Origin: an uncultured Actinomycetes bacterium
GTDB lineage: Bacteria > Actinomycetota > Thermoleophilia > Gaiellales > Gaiellaceae
Assembly: GCA_963809075.1 (NCBI GenBank)
Contig: CAWEIM010000015.1
Coordinates: 20,465 to 84,464, forward strand
Direction: 5' to 3'
DNA: 64,000 bases
This document shows positions 27,724-36,439 of the stretch, in pieces. The position numbers and the translations under genes are program-made. Numbering within the stretch: the stretch's first letter is position 1; the number at the start of each line of letters is the position of its first letter. The notes below the pieces were generated by a model. That model was not told where the DNA came from, did not search any database, and saw only the letters and a program-made list of their open reading frames with translations.

Positions 27724-28519
27724 TCGGCCTCGCCGGCGTGATCGAGCGCAACGTCTACCTGATCAAGCGCTACATCTGGTGGGACGTCGCGTTCTTCATC
27801 TGGACGGTCGCGAACACGCTGACGATCGTCTTCATCTCCAAGGGCATCCCCAGCCTCACGCCCGCCGAGGTGAACCACCTGACCACCGTGCTGCTGATCG
27901 GCGCGGTCGTCTGGGCGTACCTCGGGATCATCTTCGAGATCGTCACCGAGACGGTCGCGTGGGAGCGCTGGGAAGGGACGATCGAGTACACGTTCATGGC
28001 GCCGCTGTCGCGCCCCGTCCACCTGTTCGGAATGGGGCTGTTCTCGGTCGTGTACGGCGTCATCCGCGCGGTGCTGCTCTTCGGCGTGGTCGCGCTGTTC
28101 TTCAACCTCGACCTGCCCGGATGCGAACTACGTCGCCGCGCTCGTCGTGCTGATGATCGCCTCGATCTCGTTCATCGGGATCGGGATGATGACGGCCGTC
28201 CTGCCGCTGATCTCGCCGGAGAAGGGGATGCAGCTCGGCTTCGTCGCCCAGGGCATCCTGCTGGTCGTCTCGGGCGTCTACTACCCGATCAGCGTCCTGC
28301 CGGAGTGGATGCAGTGGATCGCGAAGATCTCGCCGGCGACCTACGCGCTCGATGCGGCGCGGCGAGTCGATCCTGCACGGGAAGGGGCTCAGCGACCTGT
28401 GGCACGACATCTGGCCGCTGATGGTGATCGGGGTCGTCGCCGTCCCGCTGGGGCTGGCGGTCTTCCGCGCGGGCGAGCGGCACGCCAAGAAGCACGGGAA
28501 GCTGAAGAGGTCGGGATGA
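27720..28519 (+). pseudogene. ABC-2 type transporter permease; two frame breaks (about 28116-28118 and 28365)
   Basis: Three colinear frames: MIGLAGVIERNVYLIKRYIWWDVAFFIW...FFNLDLP / DANYVAALVVLMIASISFIGIGMM...ISPATYALDAARR / SILHGKGLSDLWHDIWPLMVIGVVAVPLGLAVF...KLKRSG*. Confidence 0.8.
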
Positions 28520-29356
28520 TCCGTCCCGCCGCCGGCGACTCCGACCTCGAGCTCTGCGTTCGGGTTCTCGCTGCCGTCGAAGGCGTCCAGCTCTCGATCG
28601 ACCAGCTGCGACCGGTGCAGGAGCGCCTCCTCGTCCACGAGAGCGACCACGGCTACGCCTTCGTCAACGATTCGAGCGTCGCCGGGAGCGCGTACGCGAT
28701 GGTGCGTGTCCTCCCGAGTGAGCGAGGTCAGGGAATCGGCTCGGAGCTCGCGACCGCCGCGACGGATGCCGCGCGCGGCGCTCGGGAAGGAATCGGCGTG
28801 GGGAGTGGTCGGTGCCGACGATCAGGCCTCGCTTCGATTTGCGGAGTCGCGCGGATTCCTCGAAGTCGGCCGCGACGTCAAGCTGACGCGGCGGCTGTCG
28901 CCCGGGGAGGGACGCACAGGAGTCGCGATCGTTCAGCTCGAGGAGGAGCACCGGGCGGGCGCGTATGCGGTCGCGGTGGCCGCAATCCCCGACATGGTCA
29001 CGGCCGGCCAGGCGGAAGCCCGGCCCTACGAGGACTGGGTCGAGCAGGAGCTCGACGACGCAGCGGTGGCCTTTGTCGCGCTGGAAGACGGGCGGGTCAC
29101 GGGCTACGCGACGCTGCAGTCGCTCGGCGACGACCCCACGCGCCTCGAGCACGGGTTCACCGGCGTCCTGCCCGAGTGCCGGCGGCGCGGCATCGCGACC
29201 GCGCTCGGCGAGGCGCAGATCGCATGGGCCGCCGCTGGCGGCTACGAGGAGCTCTTCACGACCACGGGCGTGACGAACACCGGCTTACGTCGCCAGAAGG
29301 CGAAGCTCGGGTACCTCGAAGAAGCGGGGCCGATCCTGGTGCGAGGGCCGGTGTGA
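28516..29356 (+). pseudogene. Two-domain GNAT N-acetyltransferase; one frame break near 28770-28785
   Basis: Domain 1 is ...AYAMVRVLPSERGQGIGSELA. Domain 2 (second frame) is ...AFVALEDGRVTGYATL...GVLPECRRRGIATALGEAQI...NTGLRRQKAKLGY. ATGA overlap upstream, GTGA overlap downstream. Confidence 0.75.
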
Positions 29357-30033
29357 GTGTCATCGCTCCTCCGCGCTGGGAGGTCGTCTACGCGGAGGCG
29401 CACGCCGAGCGGTTCCGCTACCTCGCCGGTTCCGGCGCCGCGTTCCTCCGCCGGCCCGGCGTGCTCGCCGTCCGTACCGGCACGGACTCGAACGTCGACA
29501 ACGGCATCGTCCTCGAGCGCAAGGACGCGGACGTCGAAGGGCTCATCGACTGGTTCGGCGAGCCTGCGTCGCTCATCTGCTCGGGGTTCGATGCTCCCGA
29601 CGAGCTGCGCGAGCGCCTCGCGGGGCTCGGCCTGCGCGAGGAGACGACCGGGGTCACGACGGGGGCCGTTCTCGGCGATCTGCCCTCGCTCACGCTTCCG
29701 CCCGGCGTCTCGATCGAGGAGGACGACGAGCCGCGGCCGCTGCCGATCCGGCACTGGGTCGCGCGGCGGGACGAACGCCGCGTAGGCGACGCGAGCGCCT
29801 TCTTCACGAGCAACACCGTTCTGCTCGAGCACGTGGAGGTCGCCGAGGAAGAGCGCCGTGGGGGAATCGGCACGGCGCTTGCGCTGGCCCGGCTCCACGA
29901 GGCCCGCCGCCTCGGTTGCGAGCTCGCCGTCTTCGGAACGACCCCCGAGAGCGCCGCGCTGTACGACCAGTTCGGGTTCACCACGCAGCCGGACGAGGGC
30001 CGGCGCTGGTTCTACCTCCCGCTCGAGCCGTGA
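29353..30033 (+). CDS. GNAT-family N-acetyltransferase
   Basis: VSVIAPPRWEVVYAE...; C-terminal acetyl-CoA motif LEHVEVAEEERRGGIGTALALARLHEARRLG...AALYDQFGF. Confidence 0.7.
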   Translation: MSVIAPPRWEVVYAEAHAERFRYLAGSGAAFLRRPGVLAVRTGTDSNVDNGIVLERKDADVEGLIDWFGEPASLICSGFDAPDELRERLAGLGLREETTGVTTGAVLGDLPSLTLPPGVSIEEDDEPRPLPIRHWVARRDERRVGDASAFFTSNTVLLEHVEVAEEERRGGIGTALALARLHEARRLGCELAVFGTTPESAALYDQFGFTTQPDEGRRWFYLPLEP

Positions 30034-30743
30034 CGACCGATCACTTCGCCGGGCGCGTCGCCGAGCGCTACGACGAGACGTCGCAGGACATGTTCGCGCC
30101 CGATGTTCTCGACCCGGCGGTCGACTTCCTGGCCGAGCTCGCCGGCCGCGGTCCGGCGCTCGAGCTCGGAATCGGCACCGGACGTGTCGCGCTGCCGCTC
30201 GCGCGTCGCGGCATCCGGATCGCCGGTATCGACCTCTCGCCCGACATGGTCGCGCAGCTGCGGGCGAAGCCCGGCGCGGAGGACATCGAGGTGACGGTTG
30301 GCGACATCGCGACCACGAGGGTCGAAGGCACGTTCGCACTGGTCTACGTCGTCTGGAACACGATCAACAACCTGGTTACGCAGGAGGCGCAGGCCGCGTG
30401 CTTCCGGAACGCGGCGGCACATCTGGAACCGGGCGGGTGCTTCGTCGTCGAGGTCGGCGTGCCTCCGGGGAAGCCGCTGACCGTCTTCGACCTGAGCGAC
30501 ACACACGCCGGCATCGACGAGTACGACGCCGACACGCAGCGGCTCGTCTCGCATCACTTCACGCTGCTCGACGGTCGCTGGGAGCGTCTGTCGGTGCCGT
30601 TCCGCGCGGTCTGGCCGGCCGAGCTCGACCTGATGGCCCGGCTCGCCGGGATGACGCTGCGCGAGCGCTGGGCCGGCTGGAACCGCGAGCCGTTCAGGAG
30701 TGAGAGCCGGAAGCACGTGTCCGTCTGGGAGAAGGCGTCGTGA
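30030..30743 (+). CDS. Class I SAM-dependent methyltransferase
   Basis: Motif I ALELGIGTGRVALPLARRGIRIAGIDLSPDMV, then FALVYVVWNTINNL and LEPGGCFVVE. GTGA overlaps on both sides. Confidence 0.8.
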   Translation: MTTDHFAGRVAERYDETSQDMFAPDVLDPAVDFLAELAGRGPALELGIGTGRVALPLARRGIRIAGIDLSPDMVAQLRAKPGAEDIEVTVGDIATTRVEGTFALVYVVWNTINNLVTQEAQAACFRNAAAHLEPGGCFVVEVGVPPGKPLTVFDLSDTHAGIDEYDADTQRLVSHHFTLLDGRWERLSVPFRAVWPAELDLMARLAGMTLRERWAGWNREPFRSESRKHVSVWEKAS

Positions 30744-31993
30744 CGCGCCTCCCGGCGCGAACCGTCTACTACGGGCTCGAGTTCTTCCTCCGCTTCCCGA
30801 CCTGGGTCGTGATGGCCGTCTACCTCGTTCGGGAGCTGCACTTCACCCCCCTCCAGCTCGTGCTGATGGGGACGGTGATGGAGGCCTCGGTCTTCCTCTT
30901 CGAGATTCCGACCGGCGTCGTCGCCGACACGTACAGCCGGCGCCTTTCTCTGATCATCGGCTACCTCGGGATCGGCGCGTCCTGGACGCTGGTGGCGATC
31001 GTCTCCGAGCCATGGGCCGTGATCGCCCTGTGGGCTCTCTGGGGCATCTCCTACACGTTCACGAGTGGCGCGTACCAGGCGTGGATCACCGACGAGGTCG
31101 GCCGTGAGAACCTCGGCTCCCTCTTCCTGCGGGGGAAGAGGCTCGGGTACGTCGGCGCGGTCGTCGGGCTGGCCGTGCAGGTCGCGCTCGGCGTCTGGTC
31201 GCTGCGCGCGGGGATCATCGCGGGCGGCGCGGTCACGATCGGCTGCGGGCTCGCGTGCATCTTCCTGATGCCCGAGACCGCCTTCGTGCGGCGGCCGCGA
31301 TCCGAGCGTGGATCTGCCTTCAAAGAGCTGCGCAAGACGGCGTCGGCCGGCGCGCGCTATGCCTGGGCTGCCCCGATCGTCCTCCTCCTGATCGTCGCCG
31401 AGCTCTTCATGGGGATGTCGAGCGAGGCGTTCGACCGGCTGAAGGAGGCGCACTTCCTCCGCGACGTCGGACTACCCGCGATCGGTCATCTAGACCCGGT
31501 CGTCTGGTTCGGGATCTTCTCGCTCGCAGGGATGGCGATCGGCTTCGCGGCGATGGGACCGATGATCAAGTGGGTGGAGCGAGGCGGCCAGCGCGTCGTC
31601 GCGCGCGCCCTGTTCGGCTTCACGCTCCTGGAGATGGCCGCGATGCTGGTCTTTGCGCTCAGCGGGTCCGTCTGGCTCGCGATCGCTGCCCTGCTCGGGA
31701 TCTTCTTCGCGCGGGACTTCGCCTGGCCGCTCTACGACACATGGCTGAACATGCAGATCACCAACTCGAGCGTCCGCGCGACGGTGATGTCGATCAGCGG
31801 CCAGGCGAACGCGATCGGGCAGGCCGGCGGCGGTCCGGTGCTAGGCGTGATCGGGAACGTCTGGGGCATCCGCGCCGCCTTCGCCGCGGGCGCGGTCGTG
31901 ATCGCGCCGGTGCTCGCGCTCTACGGACGTGCGATCGCCCATCACGGGCGCGAGCCGGAGCTCGACGAGCTGCCGGCGCCCGAGGCCGTGTAG
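30740..31993 (+). CDS. MFS transporter
   Basis: Intact, 417 aa, about 12 TM helices. GVVADTYSRRLSLIIG resembles MFS motif A. Confidence 0.8.
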   Translation: MTRLPARTVYYGLEFFLRFPTWVVMAVYLVRELHFTPLQLVLMGTVMEASVFLFEIPTGVVADTYSRRLSLIIGYLGIGASWTLVAIVSEPWAVIALWALWGISYTFTSGAYQAWITDEVGRENLGSLFLRGKRLGYVGAVVGLAVQVALGVWSLRAGIIAGGAVTIGCGLACIFLMPETAFVRRPRSERGSAFKELRKTASAGARYAWAAPIVLLLIVAELFMGMSSEAFDRLKEAHFLRDVGLPAIGHLDPVVWFGIFSLAGMAIGFAAMGPMIKWVERGGQRVVARALFGFTLLEMAAMLVFALSGSVWLAIAALLGIFFARDFAWPLYDTWLNMQITNSSVRATVMSISGQANAIGQAGGGPVLGVIGNVWGIRAAFAAGAVVIAPVLALYGRAIAHHGREPELDELPAPEAV

Positions 31994-32286
31994 GTCGGGC
32001 GGACGAGGCCGGCTCGAAGCCGGCTCTCAGGATGTTCCGGTGCGAAGGCCCCGGGCTGACCGCCCTCGGGCGCTCCGGTCTCGGTGACGAGTCGTTCGAG
32101 CCCGAGCTCACGGCCGCGCTCGATGCGGGCGGCGAGGAGCGCGCTCTGCGCGCCCGGCCGCGGAACTCCACGCGCGTCGCGGCGACGTCGACCCCCACGG
32201 CGCCTTGGCCTCACGGCAAGGATGCTAAGGTGTGCCTGTTCGTAGGCGACGTAGCCTCGGGGCGACTCCCCCGGGGCTTTTTCCAT
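31942..32286 (-). pseudogene. Possible decayed GNAT acetyltransferase fragment
   Basis: Minus-strand frames contain ...SALLAARIERGRELGLERLVTETG... and, one frame over, ...HRNILRAGFEPA.... Together these resemble a GNAT C-terminal half. The span is too short, is broken, and overlaps the MFS 3' end and the glnA2 leader. Confidence 0.3.
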
Positions 32287-32299
32287 TTAAGGAGGCGGA

Positions 32300-33652
32300 A
32301 TGAGCGTGGTCGAGAGCAGGAGCAGGGCAACGTCGAGCGAGGAATCCCGTAAGGACGTCCTCGCTCAGATCAAGGAGCAGGGGATCGACGACCTGCTGCT
32401 GTGGTTCACCGACCTCGAGGGGCATCTGAAGAGCTTCTCGATCACGATCGGCGAGGTCGAAGGCGCGCTGGACGACGGGATGGGCTTCGACGGCTCGTCT
32501 ATCACCGGCTTCAACGCGATCGAGGAATCCGACATGGTCGCGATCCCCGATCCCGAGACCTACCGCGTCCTTCCCGACGGCAAGACCGGCCGGATGATCT
32601 GCGACGTCGTCACGCCGGACGGAGAGCCGTACGACGGCGACCCGCGCTACGTCCTCCGCCGCGCGCTGGAGCGCATGGAGTCGCTCGGCTTCGACACGTT
32701 CAACGTAGGCCCCGAGGCCGAGTACTTCCTCTTTCAGGACGAGAAGGGCACGGAGACGCTGGACGAGGGCGGCTACTTCGCGCAGACGACGATGGACGCG
32801 GCCACCAGCATCCGCCGCGACACGATCCGCGCGCTCGAGTCGATGGGTATCCCGGTCGAGTACCACCACCACGAGGTGGGCCCGTCCCAGCACGAGATCG
32901 ACATCCGCTACGCGAACGCGCTCGACATGGCCGACTACATGCTCACGTACCGCCTCGTGGTCAAGGAGGTCGCCAAGCAGCACGGCTACCACGCGACGTT
33001 CATGCCGAAGCCGCTGTTCGGCGAGAACGGGTCGGGGATGCACACGCACCAGTCGCTCTTCACCGACGGACGTAACGCCTTCTTCGACGAGGACGACAAG
33101 TGGCACCTTTCCGCGGCGGGCAAGGCCTTCATCGCCGGCCAGCTCCGCCACGCGCGCGAGATCTCCGCGGTCTTCGCCCAGTGGGTCAACTCGTACAAGC
33201 GGCTCGTGCCCGGCTACGAGGCCCCGGTGTACGTCGCCTGGTCGCAGCGGAACCGCTCGGCGCTGATCCGCATCCCGCTGTACAAGCCGGGATCGGAGCA
33301 GGCGACGCGCGCCGAGATCCGCTGTCCGGATCCCGCCTGCAACCCGTACCTGACCTTCGCGTGCCTCCTGCACGCGGGCCTCGACGGGATCGAGCAGGGC
33401 TACGAGCTGCCGGATCCGATGGAGACGAACCTGTACCACCTGACCGCCGAGCAGCGGCGCGAGCGGGGGATCGTCTCGCTCCCGGAGACGCTCGGCGAAG
33501 CGGTCGACGCGCTCGCGCAGTCACAGCTGGCCCGCAAGGCACTCGGCCCGCACATCTTCGACCGCTACGTCGAGCTGAAGCGGAAGGAGTGGGACGAGTA
33601 CCGGGTGCAGCTCACCCAGTGGGAGATGGACCGCTACCTCGCCGTTCTCTAG
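32300..33652 (+). CDS. glnA: Glutamine synthetase type I (alpha-like, second copy)
   Basis: AAGGAGG lies before ATG 32300. [63 protein letters not shown] and WSQRNRSALIRIP. The NLYHLTAEQRRERGIVSLPETL segment resembles Bacillus-type GS. Confidence 0.9.
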   Translation: MSVVESRSRATSSEESRKDVLAQIKEQGIDDLLLWFTDLEGHLKSFSITIGEVEGALDDGMGFDGSSITGFNAIEESDMVAIPDPETYRVLPDGKTGRMICDVVTPDGEPYDGDPRYVLRRALERMESLGFDTFNVGPEAEYFLFQDEKGTETLDEGGYFAQTTMDAATSIRRDTIRALESMGIPVEYHHHEVGPSQHEIDIRYANALDMADYMLTYRLVVKEVAKQHGYHATFMPKPLFGENGSGMHTHQSLFTDGRNAFFDEDDKWHLSAAGKAFIAGQLRHAREISAVFAQWVNSYKRLVPGYEAPVYVAWSQRNRSALIRIPLYKPGSEQATRAEIRCPDPACNPYLTFACLLHAGLDGIEQGYELPDPMETNLYHLTAEQRRERGIVSLPETLGEAVDALAQSQLARKALGPHIFDRYVELKRKEWDEYRVQLTQWEMDRYLAVL

Positions 33653-33683
33653 GGCTGGGTTCAGAGAAGAGATGTACGACTGT

Positions 33684-33770
33684 GCCGGGCTTTGCTCGGC
33701 ACAGTCACTTTGAGTCAGACCTCGGCTGGCGTGAAGGAGGGGCTCGTGGGGAACCATGGGTTCCCCCACG
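33684..33770 (+). repeat. Intergenic palindromic element, copy 1 (core 33731-33770)
   Basis: The core GTGAAGGAGGGGCTCGTGGGGAACCATGGGTTCCCCCACG matches 44021-44062. The upstream hairpin CTGTGCCG-N9-CGGCACAG (33680-33704) partly matches 43972-43985. The element lies between the convergent stops of glnA2 and the membrane gene that ends at 33771. Confidence 0.75.
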
Positions 33771-34212
33771 CTAGGGCTTGCCGGACATGAAGAACCAGGC
33801 GACCGCGAGCGCGACGAGGTAGAGCGTGGCGATCGCGGCGACCCAGGGGCCGAGCCTGGGTCTCCTGATCGAGAGCCACCCGCTCACCAGCAGGAGGATG
33901 ACGAGCGACTGCCCGGCGTCGGCGATCCTCGCCCCGGCGGTCGACCCAGTCCGGCGTCGTCTTTGTCCAGCCCCTCGTGGCCGAGGACCCAGTAGCCGCC
34001 CGCGTACATCGCGATCCACGCCGGGACCATGAGGCCGAGCGTCGTCCAGAACCCGACACGGCGCGAACCTGCGCGAGCTCGGGCGCGAGACGGAGCGCGG
34101 CGTACGCCAGGATCGTCACCGCCAGCACGCTGCCGAACAGGACGATCGCGCCGACGACGTGGACGAAGAACTGGGTGCCGCACGTTGGGCCGCAGTACGA
34201 CGCGACGATCAT
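33771..34212 (-). pseudogene. Small polytopic membrane protein of unknown function; about three frame breaks
   Basis: Colinear pieces in three frames: MIVASYCGPTCGTQFFVHVVGAIVLFGSVLAVTILAYAAL / VGFWTTLGLMVPAWIAMYAGGYWVLGHEGLDKDD / AGQSLVILLLVSGWLSIRRPRLGPWVAAIATLYLVALAVAWFFMSGKP*. The ATG overlaps the upstream stop (ATGA). Confidence 0.55.
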
Positions 34213-34689
34213 GCGCCCGGCTTCCAGACCATGATCACGAGCACCGCGAGGATCGCCACGGCGCTCCCGTAGCTGAGGAAGAGTGTGAGTGGGTCACGCA
34301 AACGCGCCCTGAGCTCGACGCTCGGGGCGTCTCCCTCCGCCGCGAGCCGGGAGGCCAGCTCCTGCGTCGCCTTCTCGCGGTTTCCGCCCCGAGCGCCCAT
34401 CGCGGTCCCACGACCCAGAGCACGATGGCGGCGATGACCCAGGCCTGGCCGTAGCCGTACCCCCACGGCGCCTCGTCCACGAGCCACAGCCCGAAGCCGA
34501 GCGTCATGAGATGCTCCGACGCCGATCGCGACGACGGCGAAGCGCGTCAGGCCGAGCAGGAGCGCGATCTCGCTCGGCCGCTCGCGGGATTGCGCGGCAA
34601 GGTTCAGGACCCTGCGACCACGGCTCCACCCGACGAGCAGGAAAGCGCCGGTGACGTGCAGGAACAGGAGCCAGTCGTAGGTGCGTCAT
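34209..34689 (-). pseudogene. Small polytopic membrane protein (possibly DUF2269-like); about three frame breaks
   Basis: The pieces are YDWLLFLHVTGAFLLVG, SEIALLLGLTRFAVVAIGVGA, MTLGFGLWLVDEAPWGYGYGQAWVIAAIVLWVVG and LTLFLSYGSAVAILAVLVIMVWKPGA*. The ATG at 34689 is out of frame with the first hydrophobic segment. Confidence 0.5.
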
Positions 34690-34701
34690 GTAGCCCGGGA
34701 C

Positions 34702-34707
34702 GATAAT
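34702..34707 (+). promoter_or_regulatory. Candidate -10 box (GATAAT) 7 nt before the pdtaS ATG. The same AT island read on the other strand (TATCGT, 34700-34705) lies 10 nt before the divergent ATG 34689.
   Basis: The divergent intergenic region is only 25 nt and contains a single AT-rich island, ACGATAATCG. There is no Shine-Dalgarno sequence before either start. Confidence 0.4.
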
Positions 34708-34714
34708 CGGTGAG

Positions 34715-36122
34715 ATGGACGCCACCGAACGCCACCTCCGGCTCCTGACGGAGACGATCGAGGCGGTCAATTCGACGCTCGACCTCGACGAGGTGCTCTC
34801 CCTGGTCGCGAGCAAGGTCGCGGCCGCGCTCGAGGCCGATGCCTGCTTCGTCTACCTGTACGACGAGCGCGCCGACGAGCTCGTCCTCCGGGCAACGCAC
34901 GGCACGCGGGTCGAGGAGATGACGCGCACGCCCGCGGATGCGGCCCGGCGAGGGGATCACCGGCACGGCCGCCGCCGGTCGCGAGCCGGTGATGATCGCC
35001 GAGAAGGCGCATCTCGACCCGCGCTTCAAGGCGTTCCAGAACCTGCCCGAGGACGAGTACGAGTCGATCCTCGCCGTCCCCATCCTGGCCCGGGAGAAGC
35101 TTGCCGGCGCGCTCAACGTCCGCACCCGGACGCCGCGGGCCTTCTCGCCCGCCGAGGTCGACCTTCTGCTCGCGATTGCCGCGCAGGTGGCGCAGACGAT
35201 CGAGCATGCGAAGCTCTATCGCGAGGCGCGCCGCCGTGTCGGCGAGCTCGAGGCGCTCGCGCGGATCTCGGAGGCGGTCTCGGAATCGCTCTACCTGGAG
35301 GAGTCGCTGGAGGCGATCGTCAAGACGACGATGGACGCGGTCGGCGCGACCGGAGCGGCGCTCGTGCTGGAGGACGGGAACATCGCCTGGCCCGAGGGCC
35401 GCGCAGGGGAGTACGCCGTCCGGCTGCCACTCCGCTGGAAGCGCCGCCAGATCGGGGAGCTGGTCTGCGACCGCGACACGCCGTTCAGCGGGGAAGAGCG
35501 CGCGCTCCTCGCGTCGATCGCGCACCACGCTGCGGTGGCGCTCGAGCACGGCCGCGCGGTCATGCGCGGCGTGCTCGCCCAGGAGATCCACCACCGCGTC
35601 AAGAACAACCTGCAGACGGTTGCGTCGCTCCTGCGGCTGCAGGCGCGGAGCGCCGACTCGGTCAATCCGCGCAAGGCGCTGGACGACTCCGTCAACCGCA
35701 TCCTCGCGATCGCGGCCGTGCACGAGGTTCTCACCGAGCATCGCGAGGACGACGTCGAGCTCGCGGAGCTGGTCGACCGGCTGCGGGCGATGCTCGTGCA
35801 GGGCCTCGGAACGGCGAAGGAGGTCGAGATCGAGCTGGAGCCGGTCTCGCTGGCCGGCAACCGCGCCACCGCGCTCGCCCTCGTCTTCAGCGAGCTCTTC
35901 CAGAACGCTCTCGAGCACGGCGGGGCAACCGTCCGCATCGAGCTCGCGCGGCGGAACGGCGACGTCCTGCTCGCCATCTCCGACGACGGGGGCGGGCTGG
36001 ACGGCGGCCGCGACGGCACGGGGCTCTCGATCGTGCGGGCGCTGGTGCGGGACGAGCTGCACGGCTCGCTCCGGCTCGCCGACAAGGGCGGGCTACGCGC
36101 CGAGGTCGTGTTCCCGAGCTGA
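34715..36122 (+). pseudogene. pdtaS: PdtaS-type cytoplasmic sensor histidine kinase (GAF, second sensor domain, HisKA_2-like H-box, HATPase); one frame break near 34930
   Basis: The GAF N-terminus is TLDLDEVLSLVASKVAAALEADACFVYLYDE. The next frame reads GEGITGTAAAGREPVMI...ILAVPILAREKLAGALNV. The H-box is LAQEIHHRVKNNLQTVASLLRLQ and the ATPase motifs are FQNALEHG...ISDDGGGL...GTGLSIVRALV. No TM segment. Confidence 0.8.
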
Positions 36123-36439
36123 TGGAGCTCGAGCGCTACAGCTTTGTGCTGCTGCGGCGAGGCCCCCACGCGCAGGAGCTCTCGGAGGAGCAGCTGGACC
36201 GCCTGCAGGCCGCCCACCTTGCCCATCTGGACGCGATGAAGGAGCGCGGCGCGATGGCAGTCGCCGGGCCGTTCAGCGAGCAGCCGGACGAGACGTGGCG
36301 CGGGTTCTGCCTCTACACGGTCGAGCTCGATGAGGCGCGGCGGCTGGCGGAGTCCGATCCCTCTGTCCGGGCCGGCCGGATGGCGGTCGAGGTCTTCAAC
36401 TGGTTCACCAAGAAGGGAGCGGTCTCATTCGGATCTTGA
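36122..36439 (+). CDS. YciI-family protein
   Basis: 105 aa: MELERYSFVLLRRGPHAQELSEEQLDRLQAAHLAHLDAMKERGAMAVAGPF...DPSVRAGRMAVEVFNWF. It shares one nucleotide with the pdtaS stop, and its own stop overlaps the pdtaR TTG (TTGA). Confidence 0.7.
   Translation: MELERYSFVLLRRGPHAQELSEEQLDRLQAAHLAHLDAMKERGAMAVAGPFSEQPDETWRGFCLYTVELDEARRLAESDPSVRAGRMAVEVFNWFTKKGAVSFGS

Noticed and set aside
29916-30029. Upstream extension of the methyltransferase ORF (track ORF starts at 29916), and the similar long N-terminal extensions of track ORFs 2723, 18043, 21906, 25073-26920 and 52398.
   Set aside because: The extensions overlap the preceding gene or the leader and have non-protein-like composition. Conserved N-termini, RBS placement or GTGA/ATGA overlaps support the shorter starts I used.
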